This document shows, piece by piece, positions 60,921 to 64,000 of a stretch of 64,000 bases of DNA. The stretch is from contig NC_057719.1 of assembly GCF_004010195.1 (NCBI RefSeq), forward strand, positions 54,213,926-54,277,925, read 5' to 3'. Position numbers and translations under genes: made by a program. The DNA comes from Chiloscyllium plagiosum (taxonomy: Eukaryota). Positions within the stretch are counted from its first letter, which is position 1. Every line of letters starts with the position of its first letter. The notes below the pieces were generated by a model that saw only the letters and a program-made list of their open reading frames with translations, had not been told where the DNA came from and made no database searches.

Positions 60921-63375
60921 AGGAAGAAAATTCTGCACTGGAGATTGCATTACCTCATGGAATCTCCTGCCCAATGTGCTTTATTTGCAGGTTCAGAATC
61001 AATCTTTTCAACTCAATGAAAATCCTGGTGGCAACTTTGGGTGCTTGTGAGCCAGAGCTCAGAAGGGAAAATGTGTTGTGTGGGAAGTGGGAGAAGATAG
61101 TGGAATGGTAACCATGTGGTCCTTGATGATTTTCTGACCTTCTGTGGGATCTTGGTACCTTCTTTCATTATGAATGCTTCAAATATCACACCATCAGTCT
61201 GAATCATGATATCTGCTTGTGTATTCAGTTTACAAAAAAAGATGTTTTATTGAATTCAATTTTCATCAACTGCATGGTGGGATTCAAACCCATGTCCTCA
61301 GAAATTAGACTGGAGTTCTGGATTACGAGTCTACAGTATTTGTTTCGCAGTTTATACTTAAAGAGCCAGCCGGCTTTTAACAAAGAACAGGTTACTTGGA
61401 GCACTTGGTGTGCCACAATACTGTCTGAGCATCCTACTGTCTACAAAGCTTACTGGCAGCATAGAAGATACACTGTGATCTCTTAGATCCAGTTCTCCAA
61501 AATCTGGAAACACCAATTGGTCAGAATGTTTCTCTCAATGTACATGCAACTCCAGGACTGGCCACTGTTGGTCATGCAATAGCACTGATGTTCCTAAATT
61601 TACTGTTTACTGTTAATAGTAAATCTCTGAATCTTTTCTGCACACTACTTTCATGATCTTTGTCAAGTACAAATTTCTTTGCGCAGGAAGAGGCCTGGAG
61701 GTAGAAGAGGATGTGTTTCAAAGAGGTTTTTGGACAATGGCCAGATATTTTTATGCAAAGATATCAGCCCCTGTGCCCTTTACATCACATACATAAACAC
61801 ACACACCATAATATGTTCTCCAATATTACAGAGCTCAGCAGTTTGGAAAACATGAATAATAGAATATTTGGATAAACAAAACAATTTTTAAGACTGCTTT
61901 ATAACATCTTACATATACTTATTTATGTCTGGTTCACACAATTGTACTTAGACATTCCAATATCATTCCAACATCCAGAACATTTCAAAATCAAAATGCT
62001 TGGTCCTAAGCATTCCAGACTAGAGGATTTACTGTGAACTAAATAGAGCGACTGCTGTGTACAACACCTCCATTCTATCTATCAGCTTCCTATCTTTAAT
62101 GCTGACTCAGAAGCAAAACTGAGTAAACTGGTGAATAAGACATACTGCTCTGACTCATCTTGTATAACACAAAATGGAGGTCCAGTACAACAGTACATTC
62201 ATTTCCAGGTATCCCACCTTTCTTACTGGTTTTTCACTTTACTCTATCTTCAGCCTGCCACAGTGATCCAACAAAAGCTGAACACAAGCTCAAAAAAAAG
62301 CACATTATTCATGAATCTTTGAACTCATCAGTGAGCTCAACATTCTCCGAAGATAACCTTTGTTCCCATTTTGTTACTTTTTTCCTTGTATGTTTCATTC
62401 TCAATCTTATATTTCTCTAGATTTTTTTTTGTTTTCAAAGTGCAGCCGTTCAGTATTCTGTGGTCATATAATTTCTTTCTTCGCATGTCCCTATACCATT
62501 CAAGTTTGCTCTGCTTCACCACTTTTTTGGTGAATTAGTATCTCCTGTTTTCTGCCAGATTACAAACCTTCTGTTTGATCGACTTGAAACTTAGTAAATT
62601 TCTAACATTTTCAATTCTGACAGAAGACTTTCATTCTGAAACACTGAGTCAGATTTTTTGATTTTCTGCATTTTCGCCAGTTCTATTTTATAAAAGGGAG
62701 GAGCTTTGTATTTCTGGAAGGAGGTTCAGGTTCGCACTCCTTCAGATATGCAGAGCCAAACATCTATTCTGATTGTTCTTTCATCTTGCAGAGTTATCTG
62801 TGGATGGATGGTACCAGCTAGGTGTGTGTCAGATAGTTATGGAGAGTTGGATGCCAAGTAAGTAGGGTGCCAACTGCATGTGATGCCCAGGGAGTAGGCT
62901 GCCAGCTGAGTAGGGTGACAAGTGGGTAGGATGCCAACTAAGAAACAGGAAGAGTGCTAAGTGCGTAAGGTTCCAGGGGGCAAAGTGACAGAGGGTTATG
63001 TAAAGGATGTAATATTTAGGGTAATTCAGAGTGGGTGGGAGGAATCAGGTTCAATGGAAGGGGTGCTGGAACAGAGGATGTTGGGTACTGGGTGAGGGAG
63101 AGATTAAAATGGACACTTACTGAGAGTTCCAGACATAGAGGAATTGGTCTGTGAAATCTTCAGTTTCCCGAGTAATTCCCTCAGAGTCTGTTACGCAAGG
63201 GATTCCACTGGCTTCCCATATGCAACCCTCATCTACAATGGAATAATGATTGTCAGGGCATTGGAAAATCCAGGCCCTTAACTTTGATTTTCTCTCCACA
63301 GAGTATTTTCATCTTTTTTTGTTTTAATCATGGGATTTACAATAACAGGCTTGTGACTTAATTGTTTTTGACTTT

Positions 63376-63789
63376 ATGCCAGGGTTGGAGAGTTTGTGCT
63401 ATAGCGAGAGGCTGAGGGGTGACCTTATAGAGGTTTATAAAATCATGAAGGGCATGGATAGGATAAATAGACAAGGTCTTTTCCTTGGGTTGGGGAAATC
63501 CAAAACTAGAGGGCATAGGTGTAAGGTGAGAGGGAAAAGATTTAAAAGGTCCTAAAGGTCAACTATTCCTTACAAAGGTTAGTGCGTGCATGGAAAGGAC
63601 TGCCAAAGGAAGGTGTGATGGAACTTGTGCCAGTTAAAAGGCATCTGGATGGGTACATGAATAGGAAGGACTTAGAGAGGGCAAGTGATGGCAGGTGGGA
63701 CTAGATAGATTTAGGGTAGCTGGTCGGTGTGGACAAGTTGGAATGAAGGGTCTATTTCCGTGCTGTACATCTCTGTGACTCTATGACTG
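63376..63789 (+). mobile_element. CR1/HER1 LINE 3' fragment
   Basis: Matches 15059-15481; tail CTCTGTGACTCTATGACT. Confidence 0.9.
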
Positions 63790-64000
63790 TGGAGCTTTTT
63801 GCTGCTGTATTTTCCAGTGCAATCCAAGAGTTATTCATTTTTATACACAAACATTTAACATGTCCCTAAATGCTGCCTGACTTGATTGTCTTTTGGTCCA
63901 TTGTGTGAGGCTAGTTCACATCCGACTCCATGGAAGTAACCCACATGGATATTCCAACAGAAAATTTCTACTGCACTTAAGAATCCTTCACTTTGGTTAG

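Noticed and set aside
61830..62035. Possible old Tigger-like MITE
   Set aside because: Only one plausible terminus; TIR pairing not convincing.

Overview
AT-rich, repeat-dense vertebrate DNA with no recognisable host protein-coding exon; it looks intronic or intergenic. The repeat content (HE1/V-SINE-type tRNA SINEs, HER1/CR1 LINEs) points to a cartilaginous fish, probably a shark (inference). Every ORF I could recognise is a decayed transposon fragment: CR1 RT, Gypsy gag/pol, Gmr1-type gag/IN/RT, Penelope GIY-YIG, Tx1 ORF2, RTE, Tigger and PIF/Harbinger. Two things stand out. (1) Many short Penelope-derived palindromic insertions (about 180-340 bp, several subfamilies, 8-16 bp TSDs where clear) carry minimal type I hammerhead ribozyme cores, and there is also one direct-repeat pair of hammerheads 271 nt apart. 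(2) A Gypsy provirus (16883-23006, minus) has received three different poly(A)-type insertions at the same CCTGTTT/TATA-like site across its two LTRs, one clearly a Tx1 ORF2 3' end, which suggests a target-specific Tx1 system that parasitises this LTR. Family names come from motif recognition by eye, not database searches, and boundaries of old relics are approximate.
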